Assembly: GCA_949298065.1 (NCBI GenBank)
Contig: CASFUZ010000001.1
Span: 18,793 to 82,792, forward strand
Direction of reading: 5' to 3'
Origin: an uncultured Pseudomonadota bacterium
Lineage (GTDB): Bacteria; Pseudomonadota; Alphaproteobacteria; RF32; CAG-239
DNA length: 64,000 bases
In this document: positions 34,958 through 45,141 of the stretch, one piece after another
Position numbering within the stretch: position 1 is the first letter of the stretch
Layout of the letters: each line of letters opens with the position of its first letter
Notes under the pieces: generated by a model
The model's database searches: none
Told to the model about the DNA's origin: nothing
The model's input: only the letters and a program-made list of their open reading frames with translations
Translations under genes and position numbers: made by a program

Positions 34958-36364
34958 TTACAAGTTTTTCAAAACCTCTTTTTTATCATTAAAAGGTAGA
35001 ACCTTGCCTTGGATGATTTGTCCTTCTTCATGTCCTTTTCCGGCAAGGAGAATAACATCGCCTTGAGAGGCATTTTGCATAACATATTTAATAGCCTCGG
35101 CTCTTCCGCCGATTTCAAGCGCATTAGGTGCGGCAGCCAAAATCTGCCGGCGAATATCAGCCGGATTTTCAAAGCGCGGATTATCATCCGTAACAATAAC
35201 CTCATCAGCCAAGGCGGCCGCAATAGCCCCCATTTTAGGGCGCTTGGTCGCATCCCGATTTCCGCCGCAGCCGAAAGCAATCCAGAGCTTGCCTTGTGCA
35301 TGGTTTTTGAGCGATTTTAACGCATTTTCAATGCCGTCAGGCGTGTGCGCAAAGTCAACATAGACGCTGGCACCTTTGGCTGTTGTACCGACAAGTTCCA
35401 TTCTTCCTTCAGGATTTTTAAGTCGGGATAAAGCTTTTATAGCGTCTTCTTCGCTAACACCTGTTGCCAGAGCCATACCCAGAGCACAAAGGGCATTCCA
35501 AGCCTGAAAAGCACCGGTGATTTGTGTCGGAACGGAATATCTTTTGCCTAAAATTTCTAAATCCAAATCTTGTCCGACTTGGTGCAGATTTTGGCGGAAG
35601 AGTTTAAGCTCTTTTCCTTTTTTGCCGTAAGACCAAACCGTTAAGCCCAAAGATTCGCATAATTCTTTAATTTTTTCAAATTCCGCAATATCTGCATTAA
35701 GCACAACCGTTGCACCTTTTTCCATATAATTTTCAAAAAGTTGCATTTTGGCATTAAAGTAGTTTTCCATCGTGTGATGAAAATCCAAATGGTCTTGCGT
35801 AATATTGGTAAATCCGGCTGTTTTGAATTTGAGACCAGCAAGGCGATTCAGAGCCAAACCATGGCTTGAGGCTTCTATGGCAATGTGAGAAATTCCTTTG
35901 AGCGCAACTTCATTAAGTTTCTGATACATCGTAACATTATCAGCCGTTGTCCAACCGGTATATTCGGTTTTATCTTGAGTGCGAACACCGAGTGTTCCGA
36001 AACTTGCGGCATTAAGGCCTGAAAAATCCCAAATTTGGCGCAAAAAAGATACTGTGGATGTTTTGCCGTTAGTGCCCGTAACAGCAGCAAAAACTTCGGG
36101 CAGGGGTTGATAGAGTTTTTTGTTTATTTCACCCAGCAAAAGAGCAGCATCTTTGCGGCAAACAACGGGAACAGACGAAGCGAGAGAAGCATCATCCGTT
36201 AAAACCGCAGCCGCACCTCTGGCAACGGCATCTTCTGCATATTTTTTATTAAGGTCGGAATCTCCCGTAAATACGGCAAATAAATCACCTTTTTCAACCT
36301 TGCGAGAGTCAACCGCAGTTTTTGCAAACTCAATATTGCCCAAAATATCAGACATCTTCATCAT
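34958..36364 (-). CDS. murE: UDP-N-acetylmuramoyl-L-alanyl-D-glutamate--2,6-diaminopimelate ligase
   Basis: Mur ligase P-loop VTGTNGKTST, and a DNPR-type motif (TDDNPR). I placed the start at MMKMSDIL (36364). The ORF is open up to 36391. Confidence 0.85.
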   Translation of the reverse strand: MMKMSDILGNIEFAKTAVDSRKVEKGDLFAVFTGDSDLNKKYAEDAVARGAAAVLTDDASLASSVPVVCRKDAALLLGEINKKLYQPLPEVFAAVTGTNGKTSTVSFLRQIWDFSGLNAASFGTLGVRTQDKTEYTGWTTADNVTMYQKLNEVALKGISHIAIEASSHGLALNRLAGLKFKTAGFTNITQDHLDFHHTMENYFNAKMQLFENYMEKGATVVLNADIAEFEKIKELCESLGLTVWSYGKKGKELKLFRQNLHQVGQDLDLEILGKRYSVPTQITGAFQAWNALCALGMALATGVSEEDAIKALSRLKNPEGRMELVGTTAKGASVYVDFAHTPDGIENALKSLKNHAQGKLWIAFGCGGNRDATKRPKMGAIAAALADEVIVTDDNPRFENPADIRRQILAAAPNALEIGGRAEAIKYVMQNASQGDVILLAGKGHEEGQIIQGKVLPFNDKKEVLKNL

Positions 36365-36494
36365 AAAAGTCCTCAAAGTAAAAAACTCCAAATATTCTAA
36401 TCCAAAATTATGTTTTTTAAACCATTATTTTAAGTTTTATTGAAACAAAAAAGCCCCTGCAAAGAGCAGAGGCTTTCTTTTGGGCAGATATAGA

Positions 36495-37034
36495 TTAAAA
36501 TTCTTCCTGCAACTCAAAGAAATATGCTTGCGGGTGGTCGCAAACCGGGCATTTTTCAGGAGCTTTGGGGCTTTCAACTCTATAACCGCAGTTAGCGCAT
36601 TCCCAAATAACTTTTGTCGGGCGCTCAAAAATTTTGCCTTCAACCAAAGAGTTTAAAAGAGCCTGATATCTTTCTTCGTGTCCTTTCTCAATTTTTGCAA
36701 CAGATTCAAAGAGAAAAGCAATTTTTGTAAAACCTTCTTCGTGAGCTTCTTTAGCCATGCGGTCATACATCGTTGTCCACTCATAGTTTTCGCCGGCAGC
36801 AGCATCTTTGAGGTTAGTAATTGTGTCAGCAACTGCGCCGTCATGGAGCAACTTGAACCAAATTTTTGCATGTTCTTTTTCGTTGTTTGCTGTTTGCTCA
36901 AACTTATCCGCAATGATATTATAGCCTTCTTTTTTAGCCTTAGAAGCATAATAAGTATATTTATTGCGAGCCATAGATTCGCCGGCAAATGCTTCCATCA
37001 AATTTTTCTCGGTTTTAGATCCTTTAAGTTCCAT
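36495..37034 (-). CDS. rbr: Rubrerythrin (ferritin-like diiron domain plus C-terminal rubredoxin-like CxxC...CxxC)
   Basis: [13 protein letters not shown]..., [10 protein letters not shown], and the C-terminal CANCGY...CPVCDH. I placed the start at MELKGSKTE (37034), after an AAGGAG RBS. Confidence 0.85.
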   Translation of the reverse strand: MELKGSKTEKNLMEAFAGESMARNKYTYYASKAKKEGYNIIADKFEQTANNEKEHAKIWFKLLHDGAVADTITNLKDAAAGENYEWTTMYDRMAKEAHEEGFTKIAFLFESVAKIEKGHEERYQALLNSLVEGKIFERPTKVIWECANCGYRVESPKAPEKCPVCDHPQAYFFELQEEF

Positions 37035-37056
37035 AGTTATCTCCTTGAAACAGTAG

Positions 37057-37437
37057 TTAGTTATGTTTTTGACAATGCTGACAAATACCCTTAAAAGTAA
37101 TGTCATGGGTGATTACTTGTAGCCCCGTGCGCTCCAAAACTTCATCATTTAAGTTCGGGGCAACATCATAAGGCACATCGTAAACTTTATTACATTTAAT
37201 GCAAACAAAATGATAATGGTTGTGTGTATTATGGTCAAAATGTACAGCACCATCCAATCCTTCAATCTTGCGAATAATTCCCGCTTCAGCAAGCTGATTA
37301 AGATTTCGGTAAACAGTTGCCAGACTAATGTTTGGCATCTGTTGCTTCATCTTTTCATAGATAAAGTCAGCACTCGGATGACAAACATTCTCTTGCAAAA
37401 CCTGTAAAGTAAGTTCTCTTTGACGCGAATATCTCAT
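37057..37437 (-). CDS. Fur-family transcriptional regulator (PerR/Fur-like)
   Basis: Winged-helix N-terminus, HHF motif, and CxxC...CxxC (CIKCNKV...CQHCQKHN). Operonic with rubrerythrin. Confidence 0.8.
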   Translation of the reverse strand: MRYSRQRELTLQVLQENVCHPSADFIYEKMKQQMPNISLATVYRNLNQLAEAGIIRKIEGLDGAVHFDHNTHNHYHFVCIKCNKVYDVPYDVAPNLNDEVLERTGLQVITHDITFKGICQHCQKHN

Positions 37438-37450
37438 TTTGCTTCCATAA

Positions 37451-37471
37451 ATGATAATGATTATTGTTATT
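37451..37471. promoter_or_regulatory. Fur-box-like operator in the divergent fur-rbr / flavodiiron promoter region
   Basis: gataatgattattgttatt matches the consensus GATAATGATAATCATTATC at 15 of 19 positions. It lies 14 nt upstream of the fur start and about 90 nt upstream of the flavodiiron gene. Confidence 0.55.
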
Positions 37472-37561
37472 GTTTATATTTTATTTTAAATTATTGTCAA
37501 CAACAATTTTTCAGATTATCTATATAGCAACACAAAAAATATTTTAAATAAGGAGAAGAAA

Positions 37562-38740
37562 ATGAACGGCGTAGAAATTAAAAAAGATATCTATTGGGTC
37601 GGCGTAAAGGACTGGAATTTGGTAGAGTTCCATGGTTATACAACGCCGCATGGCTCAACTTATAACTCCTATCTGATTATGGATGAAAAAATCACTCTGG
37701 TAGATGGCGTAAAACATTATATGTCAGATGAGATGATTGCAAGAGTTAAGAGCTTAACGGACTTCTCAAAGATTGCTTACGTTATTGTAAACCATGTTGA
37801 AATGGACCATTCCGGCAATATTCCGGAAGTTATGAAATTGGCACCCCAAGCCAAAATTGTTACCAATGCGGCAGGAAAGGCGGCATTAGAGGCGCATTTT
37901 GATACTGAAGGTTGGAATTTTGAAATTGTTAAGACCGGAGATACCTTAAATATCGGTCAAAGAAACTTGGCATTTATGACCACGCCGATGCTTCATTGGC
38001 CGGATTCTATGATGACTTATGTTAAGGAAGATAAATTATTGTTGTCCAATGACGGATTCGGTCAGCATTATGCTTCTGATGGCATTTTTGTAAAAGACGA
38101 ACCTTTTGATGTCGTAATGCAGCATGCCAAAAGCTATTACGCCAACATTTTATTCCCCTTTGGCGCACAGGCTTCCAAAGCTTTGGACACGGCCGGCAGC
38201 TTAGGTCTGGATATTGATATGATTGCACCTTCACACGGTTGTATTTGGTCAGGAGAAAAAGAAGTTGATACCATTATCGGCGCTTATTCATATTGGGCCA
38301 GCGGAGAGAACAAAGGCAAGGCTGTTATTGTTTATGATACGATGTGGGGCGCAACCGCAACTTTGGCGGAAGCTGTAATGTCTGTTTTCCAAGATGCCGG
38401 CATTCCGGTGGTTAAGCATTGTTTGGCGGTTAAAAATGTTTCTGAAGTTATGGTAGACTTTTTGGATGCCAAATATGTCTGCATCGGCAATCCGACACTC
38501 AATAATCAATTATTCCCGCGTGTTGCCGGCTTTTTAACTTATATGAAGGGGTTAGCTCCGAAGAACAAAAAAGCTTTTGCTTTTGGTTCTTATGGTTGGA
38601 AACCAGGTGTTGTTAACCAGATTCAGCAAGTATTTGAAGAGTTGAAATGGGAAACGATTGCGCCTTTTGAGGAAAAATATACACCTAAAGGCGATACGGT
38701 AGAAAAAATCAAAGAGCGTGTTCGCGAAATGATTGCTTAA
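37562..38740 (+). CDS. Flavodiiron protein (metallo-beta-lactamase-like diiron domain plus flavodoxin domain; no rubredoxin extension)
   Basis: HVEMDHSGN (the H-x-E-x-D-H diiron ligands), the flavodoxin-like C-terminal half, and 392 aa. Confidence 0.85.
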   Translation: MNGVEIKKDIYWVGVKDWNLVEFHGYTTPHGSTYNSYLIMDEKITLVDGVKHYMSDEMIARVKSLTDFSKIAYVIVNHVEMDHSGNIPEVMKLAPQAKIVTNAAGKAALEAHFDTEGWNFEIVKTGDTLNIGQRNLAFMTTPMLHWPDSMMTYVKEDKLLLSNDGFGQHYASDGIFVKDEPFDVVMQHAKSYYANILFPFGAQASKALDTAGSLGLDIDMIAPSHGCIWSGEKEVDTIIGAYSYWASGENKGKAVIVYDTMWGATATLAEAVMSVFQDAGIPVVKHCLAVKNVSEVMVDFLDAKYVCIGNPTLNNQLFPRVAGFLTYMKGLAPKNKKAFAFGSYGWKPGVVNQIQQVFEELKWETIAPFEEKYTPKGDTVEKIKERVREMIA

Positions 38741-38760
38741 ATAAAACAAAGCAGACACAA

Positions 38761-38808
38761 AAAAAAGCCCTCAGAAATTTATTCAATAACAATAAATCTG
38801 AGGGCTTT
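38761..38808. terminator. Long-stem hairpin terminator between convergent genes
   Basis: aagccctcagaaatttatt ... aataaatctgagggctt at about 38765-38806. The A6/T6 run is on the minus-strand side. Confidence 0.55.
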
Positions 38809-38825
38809 AATAATCTAGATTAAGT

Positions 38826-39820
38826 TCATTTAGGTTTTGCATAATAGTAAAAATCATCAAGAGGTCTATATTTGGCGTCCATTCCCATCTCAGACATAAA
38901 TTCAAAATAAAAACTCAAGTTATTAAGCTGCCTTAAGTTGTAGGAATTATTAGCCTGAAACATAGAACCGCCCATGTTATAAAGTTCCCCAACGCTCAAA
39001 AGCAAATAGATGGGAACCCAGCGAAGATTTGCCATCTGCAAAGCAGAAATAGGTTTTCCGGCAGGCAAATCATTTCTTTGTTCGGGATCAAAGATATTAA
39101 GCGGGTATCTATAAATTTGCCCATTTTCAATTTTCAGAATCAGATAACCATCCTCGCAATAAGTTTGGACAAGAGCATATCTGTACTCACCTCTTTTGTC
39201 TTTTTTACAAAATTCGTGAGGAGAATCATACAAGGCCAAACCGGCAGAAATATATCCTTTATCCGATTTTGAATCATCATATTCCGGCTCAGAATCTATC
39301 TCACTAAAGAAAAAACGGCCATTTTCATAAGACTGAATACCAGCATTGCAAAAGCCATTCAGAAACAATCCATTGTAAATTAAGGTATAAGGATATTTTT
39401 TAGAAACATCTCTATCTTTCAGAATGGAATGCAACACAAATACTCTTTCGTCTTTTTCAATAACGGGAGGAGTCTCAAACTTAGTTTCATCTTTTTCCAC
39501 GATAGCAGGTATAGGTTCCCCATATCCGACCAGCAGTGTAACTTTGTTTTTCTTCACTTGGTCATAATATTCTTCTTTGATTTGAGACAATTCAAAAGAA
39601 TACTGTTGACCGTTAAGATCAAAATTCAAAGTCTGAGATGAGGCATCGTAGTTTGAAAAGCAAAATCCATAATCACAAACTCCGTTTTTGTGTTTTTTTA
39701 GGATAAGAAACGAAATGTTACTTTCCTTAGATTCTTCTTTACTTTTATTTCCGAAGGAAGAGCCTGAAGAAGTACAGGCGGTAGCGACCATGATCAGACC
39801 TACCAAAAATAATAAATTTT
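38826..39820 (-). CDS. Hypothetical lipoprotein
   Basis: Signal peptide with lipobox (LVGLIMVATAC). The start may be MKNLLFLVG (39820); the ORF is open up to 39890. Confidence 0.45.
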
Positions 39821-40088
39821 TCATAATATAAAAAATATTTAATGGTTCTGGACAAATAGATAACACATTTTTTTTTTTAAATCTAGACAAAACTTACAAA
39901 ACTATTTATTTTTATACTAAAAATAGAAAATAATTTACGCAAATTCAAGCAAAACAAAAGATAATAAAAACAAAAAATTTTGTGTATTTGTTTAAAAATA
40001 ATATGTTTAAATCAGATAGTGAAAAAACAGATAATTAAGTTGATTTTTAATCTTTTTAGGCAATAATGATAATAAATTAAACGAAAGG

Positions 40089-40631
40089 ATGAAGAAAATG
40101 GCTTTTTTTGTGTGTTTATTACTTTTGTTGGCTGTAACTTTTCCCGCTTACGCTAATCCGGCTTGCGCGGTTTGCACCATTGCTGTCGGTGCTTCTTTGG
40201 AGATTGCGCGCTCATTAGGTGTAGATGATAGCGTTGTAGGCGTTTGGGCCGGTGCATTTTTAACCTTGCTCGGCTTCTGGTGCATTAAGTGGTTTGATAA
40301 AAAAGGCTGGAATTTTAAGGGGCGCGATTGGACTATAATTATTGTTTCCGTAGCTATGATTGGCTTTATGTACATCAGCGAACTTGAGTATCACTCGGAA
40401 GTCATTGGTATTTTATACCTTGATCCATTCTTGTTTAGCACGATTGTCGGTGCTTTGGTCTTGATTTGGTCTTCGGACTTTTATCAGTGGATGAAAGCCA
40501 AAAACGGTGGGCACGCACATTTCCCGTTTGAAAAAGTTGTTGTTCCGGTTGTTGCCTTGTTTTTGGCAAGTGCTTATTTCTATTATTTCCCGATTTGTCA
40601 GGAAACAGGTGCCGAATTATATAATTTTTAG
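40089..40631 (+). CDS. Hypothetical membrane protein (about 5 TM)
   Basis: Signal/TM N-terminus and hydrophobic helices. Coupled (3 nt) to the downstream ORF. Confidence 0.45.
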   Translation: MKKMAFFVCLLLLLAVTFPAYANPACAVCTIAVGASLEIARSLGVDDSVVGVWAGAFLTLLGFWCIKWFDKKGWNFKGRDWTIIIVSVAMIGFMYISELEYHSEVIGILYLDPFLFSTIVGALVLIWSSDFYQWMKAKNGGHAHFPFEKVVVPVVALFLASAYFYYFPICQETGAELYNF

Positions 40632-40634
40632 GAG

Positions 40635-41225
40635 ATGAAAATGAACAAAGCTAAAAGTGTGAAGGAATTTGTAGAAAGAATTGATAGTTCAAAAAAAGTA
40701 AATCCTAAAGATTTGTCTTCGGATCAGGATTTGACAATTGCGATTATGAACCTGATTTCTATTGAGGAACACCTGATGTTTTCAGGAGCTAAGACGGGTA
40801 AGACTTCCTTTTATGACCTGATTGAAGAGATTAGGGAAACTCGCAAAACCCTTATGCAGAAGGTTATTCCGGCTTATGAGGGCGAAGTTTGGTGTATATC
40901 TAAGCACTTGCTGGCTTCATCTATGCGTTTGATGGAAGTCGGCACCAAGCAGCAAAGCTTGGGCAATAAGGAACAGGCTTATGATTTGTTTAATAAAGCC
41001 TATGACCTTTATTGCCTGTTCTGGGGCTTGAATATGAATATGCTCAATGTTGACGATGTCAAATGGATAAAAGATGATGTTGAAACGGTCAAAAAACTGA
41101 CCGCCAAAGTCAACGAAGCCACGGCGGAAGCTCAAACAGAAGAGAAGGTGGCAGAAGCTCCGAAAGGTGCTTTAGCAAAGATGAAAGCCTTTGTCCGCAA
41201 GGCTGTAGATTGTTGCATTGAATAA
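40635..41225 (+). CDS. Hypothetical cytoplasmic protein
   Basis: 196 aa, helical, no recognisable motifs. A terminator follows. Confidence 0.4.
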   Translation: MKMNKAKSVKEFVERIDSSKKVNPKDLSSDQDLTIAIMNLISIEEHLMFSGAKTGKTSFYDLIEEIRETRKTLMQKVIPAYEGEVWCISKHLLASSMRLMEVGTKQQSLGNKEQAYDLFNKAYDLYCLFWGLNMNMLNVDDVKWIKDDVETVKKLTAKVNEATAEAQTEEKVAEAPKGALAKMKAFVRKAVDCCIE

Positions 41226-41245
41226 AAAAGCTTATTTATAAAAAA

Positions 41246-41290
41246 GAGAAACCCCTCCGGTCATCACGACGAAGGGGTTTCGTTTTTCTG
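41246..41290. terminator. Bidirectional rho-independent terminator
   Basis: Stem aaacccctcc/gaaggggttt at about 41248-41280 with T runs on both strands. Confidence 0.65.
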
Positions 41291-41305
41291 CATGCTATGA
41301 CTTAT

Positions 41306-41677
41306 TCACCTTTTTTCAAAAGCGCCGCAGAAAAAAGCGCTTTTTTCTTTTTTCATTTCATCTGGGCTAATATAGACGGCGATTTTATCTCCAGCCTCTA
41401 ACCCCCATGCACTCGGGTTTTTGTCCCGATGGAAGTATATTTTTTGCCCATTACTTAATTCCACTTTTCTGCTCCAGCTCAAGAAGCCGCCGGAAACAGA
41501 TTTAATTGTTACGGTCGGAGCATCGTTCAAGTCCTCTTCAAAGAGAGAAGATACATATGCTTCCATACCGTTCCAAGTACCAGTCATCATAAAAAGATAA
41601 CCGGCATAAACACAAAATAACACAACTGCCGCTAAAATTACCTGCGCGGCTTTTTTTACAAAATTTTTCATTTTCAT
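41306..41677 (-). CDS. Hypothetical membrane-anchored protein (DUF3592-like?)
   Basis: N-terminal TM helix followed by a small beta-rich domain. Confidence 0.4.
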   Translation of the reverse strand: MKMKNFVKKAAQVILAAVVLFCVYAGYLFMMTGTWNGMEAYVSSLFEEDLNDAPTVTIKSVSGGFLSWSRKVELSNGQKIYFHRDKNPSAWGLEAGDKIAVYISPDEMKKEKSAFFCGAFEKR

Positions 41678-41837
41678 TATTTTTTAAGTTTAACATTTGA
41701 AAAAAAATGAAAAATCAGTTCGCAAAAGTCTTAAATAAAATTCAAGAGTTTCGCCTCAACATCACCATAATCAACATACTAATTTTTCACATAGCAAGGA
41801 TAATAGCATATTTATTTAACCTTGTCTAGACAAAAAA

Positions 41838-41876
41838 GCCAAAAAAATACCTCGCATTTTCCTACGAGGTATTTTA
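41838..41876 (-). terminator. Rho-independent terminator of ppiD
   Basis: Stem atacctcg/cgaggtat at 41847-41872. On the minus strand it is followed by a T8 run. Confidence 0.65.
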
Positions 41877-41893
41877 AGAAAAGAAGAGGGGCT

Positions 41894-43774
41894 TTAGTCA
41901 GCCAAACCAATCAGCCGATATTTCACCCGAACATCATAATCTTCGCCAAAGCTGTTGACCAAAGCATTGGCAACATCTTGGCTAAGGTCAATCTTAACCC
42001 TACGCTCAACGCCAAAGGCAAGTTCTTCATCAGGTTTTTCGTTCTTGCCGATTATTTTGTCCGTAACGGCAATAATCTTTTCATCACCCTGCGTAATGAG
42101 CTTGGGTTCGCCAAGGCTTTCTTGGAACAACTCAATCATAGCCGCCTGAGACAATCCCTCAAAGCTGCCGCCGCGGTTAAGCGGTTTGGTTGTCTTAACA
42201 TTTAAGCCGAAACGCTGCGCAACTTCGTTAATTTTGTCGCCGTTTTCAAGGTCGTGCATAACATCATTAACAATTTCTTGCGCAATAGCCGAACGCTCGT
42301 TAATCTCCCACATCTTTTCAATTTCACCGCTAACAGCTTCAACCGGCAAGGGATGAGCCTCGGCAATCTTGTCAACTCTGGCCACAACAAAACCATCATC
42401 TGTTTCCGTAACCTGGCTGACTTCGCCGACATTATAAGAAAAGGCGGTGTCCACAAACTCGGAAGATTTCAAGGTTTTGTCATAACCTTGTGGAGCGGAA
42501 GCATATTGGCCGTCTTCGCCCAAAGCTTTTACAACCATAACCTTAGACTTCATCTCTTTGGCAATATCTTCCAAACTTGCGCCGCCGCCGATTTTATCTT
42601 CAATTTCAGATGCAACGGCATAAGCCTCATCATAAGCACGCTCTTTTTTCAAGGCTTCAACAATTTTGGCTCTGGCTTTGGCTTTGTCCATTTTAGAACC
42701 GGCCTTAATATCGGTCAGCTTCATAATATGCCAGCCCAAGTCGGACTTAACAGGGCCCAAGACATCACCGACTTTGGCAGAGAACATATCATCAGCCATG
42801 TCGGCAATCAGCATATCTTTGGCAACAAAGCCCAAATCCGTTGCTTCTTTGGTCTGTCCGGCAACTTCCTGCGCAACTTTGTAAAAGTCTTTGCCTTCAT
42901 TGAGCTGAGCCATGGCTTTATCTGCATCTTCTTTGGTATCAAAAGCCATTTGCAGGATATTGCGTGTTTCCGGCACCTCAAATTGTGCAATATTTTCAGC
43001 ATAATAAGCCTCAATCTCAGCATCATCAAGAGCCATATTCTGTGCCATCTCATCAACAGATAATACAATGAAAGAAACGTCACGTTTTTCAGGCTCAATA
43101 AAGTTTGTGCTGAAATCGGTGTAATATTGTTCAATTTCCTCCGGCGTAATTTTGCGGTCAACTTTTACATTTGCAGGATCAACCACAATATATTTAAATA
43201 CGCGGCGCATATTCTCAACTTTAGCCAAATTGTTGAGCAAAACATCCGGCACATTCATATTTGCAGAAGGATTTTGGATAAGCTGTTGTTTAACAATATC
43301 TTTTTTCAAGGCCTCAATATAGCGTTGTTCGGTCCAACCGGAAGCTGAAAGGACCATACGCAAGCGTTCCAAGCTGAAGTTACCGTTTGCATCCAAAAAC
43401 TCCGCCTGAGAATAAATAATTTTTCGGATTAAATCATCACTGATGTGAATATTATGCTTTTCAGCCGTTCTTTCAATAATGGCGTTTGTCAGTTCTCTTT
43501 GAACTAAACCTTGCAACATCGCATTACGAATTTCGTCCGTAAGTTGCAGATTATCGCCAAAGAGGTTGCGCGCCATCTGTTGCTCCTGTTCAAAAAGCAG
43601 AGCAAACTGCTGTTGCGAGATTTTAATATCATCCACCTTAATAACGGGCTTATTTCGTGCCGCGCCGGTTAAATATCCGGAAACCCCGAACAAAGACACA
43701 AAGCTCAAAGCCGTCAAAATCAAAATAAATTTTGATAACCAGTTTTTCTGAGCTCTTGCTAATTTATCCATCAT
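41894..43774 (-). CDS. ppiD: Periplasmic chaperone PpiD (SurA-N-like domain plus parvulin PPIase domain), N-terminally anchored
   Basis: N-terminal TM, a parvulin motif (GDVLGPVKSDLGWHIMKL), and 626 aa. Confidence 0.8.
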   Translation of the reverse strand: MMDKLARAQKNWLSKFILILTALSFVSLFGVSGYLTGAARNKPVIKVDDIKISQQQFALLFEQEQQMARNLFGDNLQLTDEIRNAMLQGLVQRELTNAIIERTAEKHNIHISDDLIRKIIYSQAEFLDANGNFSLERLRMVLSASGWTEQRYIEALKKDIVKQQLIQNPSANMNVPDVLLNNLAKVENMRRVFKYIVVDPANVKVDRKITPEEIEQYYTDFSTNFIEPEKRDVSFIVLSVDEMAQNMALDDAEIEAYYAENIAQFEVPETRNILQMAFDTKEDADKAMAQLNEGKDFYKVAQEVAGQTKEATDLGFVAKDMLIADMADDMFSAKVGDVLGPVKSDLGWHIMKLTDIKAGSKMDKAKARAKIVEALKKERAYDEAYAVASEIEDKIGGGASLEDIAKEMKSKVMVVKALGEDGQYASAPQGYDKTLKSSEFVDTAFSYNVGEVSQVTETDDGFVVARVDKIAEAHPLPVEAVSGEIEKMWEINERSAIAQEIVNDVMHDLENGDKINEVAQRFGLNVKTTKPLNRGGSFEGLSQAAMIELFQESLGEPKLITQGDEKIIAVTDKIIGKNEKPDEELAFGVERRVKIDLSQDVANALVNSFGEDYDVRVKYRLIGLAD

Positions 43775-43948
43775 TGTTGAAAAATCCTATTAAATCCAAA
43801 AATTCAAACTTTCCGTATTATATGGTAATTTTAATAATTTATGCAATCTTATAAATATTCGTGTTGAAAAGTTTTTTTAGCTGGAAAATATATTTTTGTT
43901 GTGCTACAAAGACGACAATGAAAATTTATAAGTAGAGGATTGTAAATC

Positions 43949-44719
43949 ATGGCAAGAAAAAAACTCATTGCAGGTAACTGGAAAATGAATGGCCTTATGG
44001 AAGATGGCATTGCTTTGGCAAAAGGCATCGCTCAGGAAGTTAAGGCTTTTGGCAAATCTGAATGCGAATTTTTGGTATGTCCGCCGTTCACTTTGTTGGC
44101 TTCGGTCAAAAAAGCTTTGCGCGGTGCAAAAGTTGCTCTCGGCGCACAAGATGTTCACTTTGCGGAAAAAGGCGCGCACACGGGCGACATCAGCCCCTTG
44201 ATGCTCAAGGACTTGGGTTGCACCTATGTTATCATCGGTCACTCTGAACGCAGAGCAGACCATTTTGAATCAAATGAACTGATTTGCAAAAAAGCCGTTG
44301 CCGCTCACGCAGCCGGACTTAAAACCGTTATTTGCATAGGTGAAACAGAGGCACAAAGAGATGCCGGCAAGACCATTGATGTTTGCAAAGAGCAGATTTT
44401 AGGTTCTGTTCCGGATGATTCTACCGCTGCTGACACGGTTATCGCTTACGAGCCTGTTTGGGCAATCGGCACGGGCAAAACCCCGACAGCCAAAGATGTT
44501 GAGGAAGTTCACGCCGCTGTTCGTAAGGTCTTGGCCAAGAAGATTGGCAAAGGCAACGCCAATAAGATGAAGATTTTGTACGGCGGTTCCGTAAAACCCT
44601 CAAACGCCAAAGAATTTTTGTCTTTGCCGGATGTTGACGGTGCTTTAATCGGCGGTGCCAGCCTGAAAGTTGCTGATTTTATGGCCATTGCCAAAAACGC
44701 TAGTGAAAATAAGAAATAA
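43949..44719 (+). CDS. tpiA: Triose-phosphate isomerase
   Basis: LIAGNWKMNG, IIGHSERR, AYEPVWAIGTG. Confidence 0.9.
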   Translation: MARKKLIAGNWKMNGLMEDGIALAKGIAQEVKAFGKSECEFLVCPPFTLLASVKKALRGAKVALGAQDVHFAEKGAHTGDISPLMLKDLGCTYVIIGHSERRADHFESNELICKKAVAAHAAGLKTVICIGETEAQRDAGKTIDVCKEQILGSVPDDSTAADTVIAYEPVWAIGTGKTPTAKDVEEVHAAVRKVLAKKIGKGNANKMKILYGGSVKPSNAKEFLSLPDVDGALIGGASLKVADFMAIAKNASENKK

Positions 44720-44731
44720 GGAATAAAAATA

Positions 44732-45049
44732 ATGGAAACAGTTTTATTAGTGGTTCACTTGCTGGTAGCAATCTTTTTGGTTGCTCTGATTTTGATGCAG
44801 CGCTCCGGCGGCGGAGCTTTGGATGGTTTGGGCGGCGGCAGCGGCGCAAGTTCTATCTTGAGCGCACGCGGCACCGGCAATATGCTGACCAGAACAACAG
44901 CCATTTTGGCAACAATCTTTTTCTTAACCAGTATTTCGCTCTCAATCTATTATAAAGGCGCACAGCCGCAACCGACCTCCATTTTGGAGCAAGCACCGGC
45001 CACTTCATCGGCACCTTCGGTTCCGAGCGCACCGGTAGCTGAGAAATAA
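44732..45049 (+). CDS. secG: Preprotein translocase subunit SecG
   Basis: Two TM helices with LMQRSGGG between them. Positioned tpiA-secG-pyrG. Confidence 0.8.
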   Translation: METVLLVVHLLVAIFLVALILMQRSGGGALDGLGGGSGASSILSARGTGNMLTRTTAILATIFFLTSISLSIYYKGAQPQPTSILEQAPATSSAPSVPSAPVAEK

Positions 45050-45141
45050 ATGACAAAGATGACCAGACATAAGGCACCCTCTCTTTTGAGACGGTGCCTT
45101 TGTCTCTTTTAAGTAACCAAATTTATATGGGAATTGTACGA

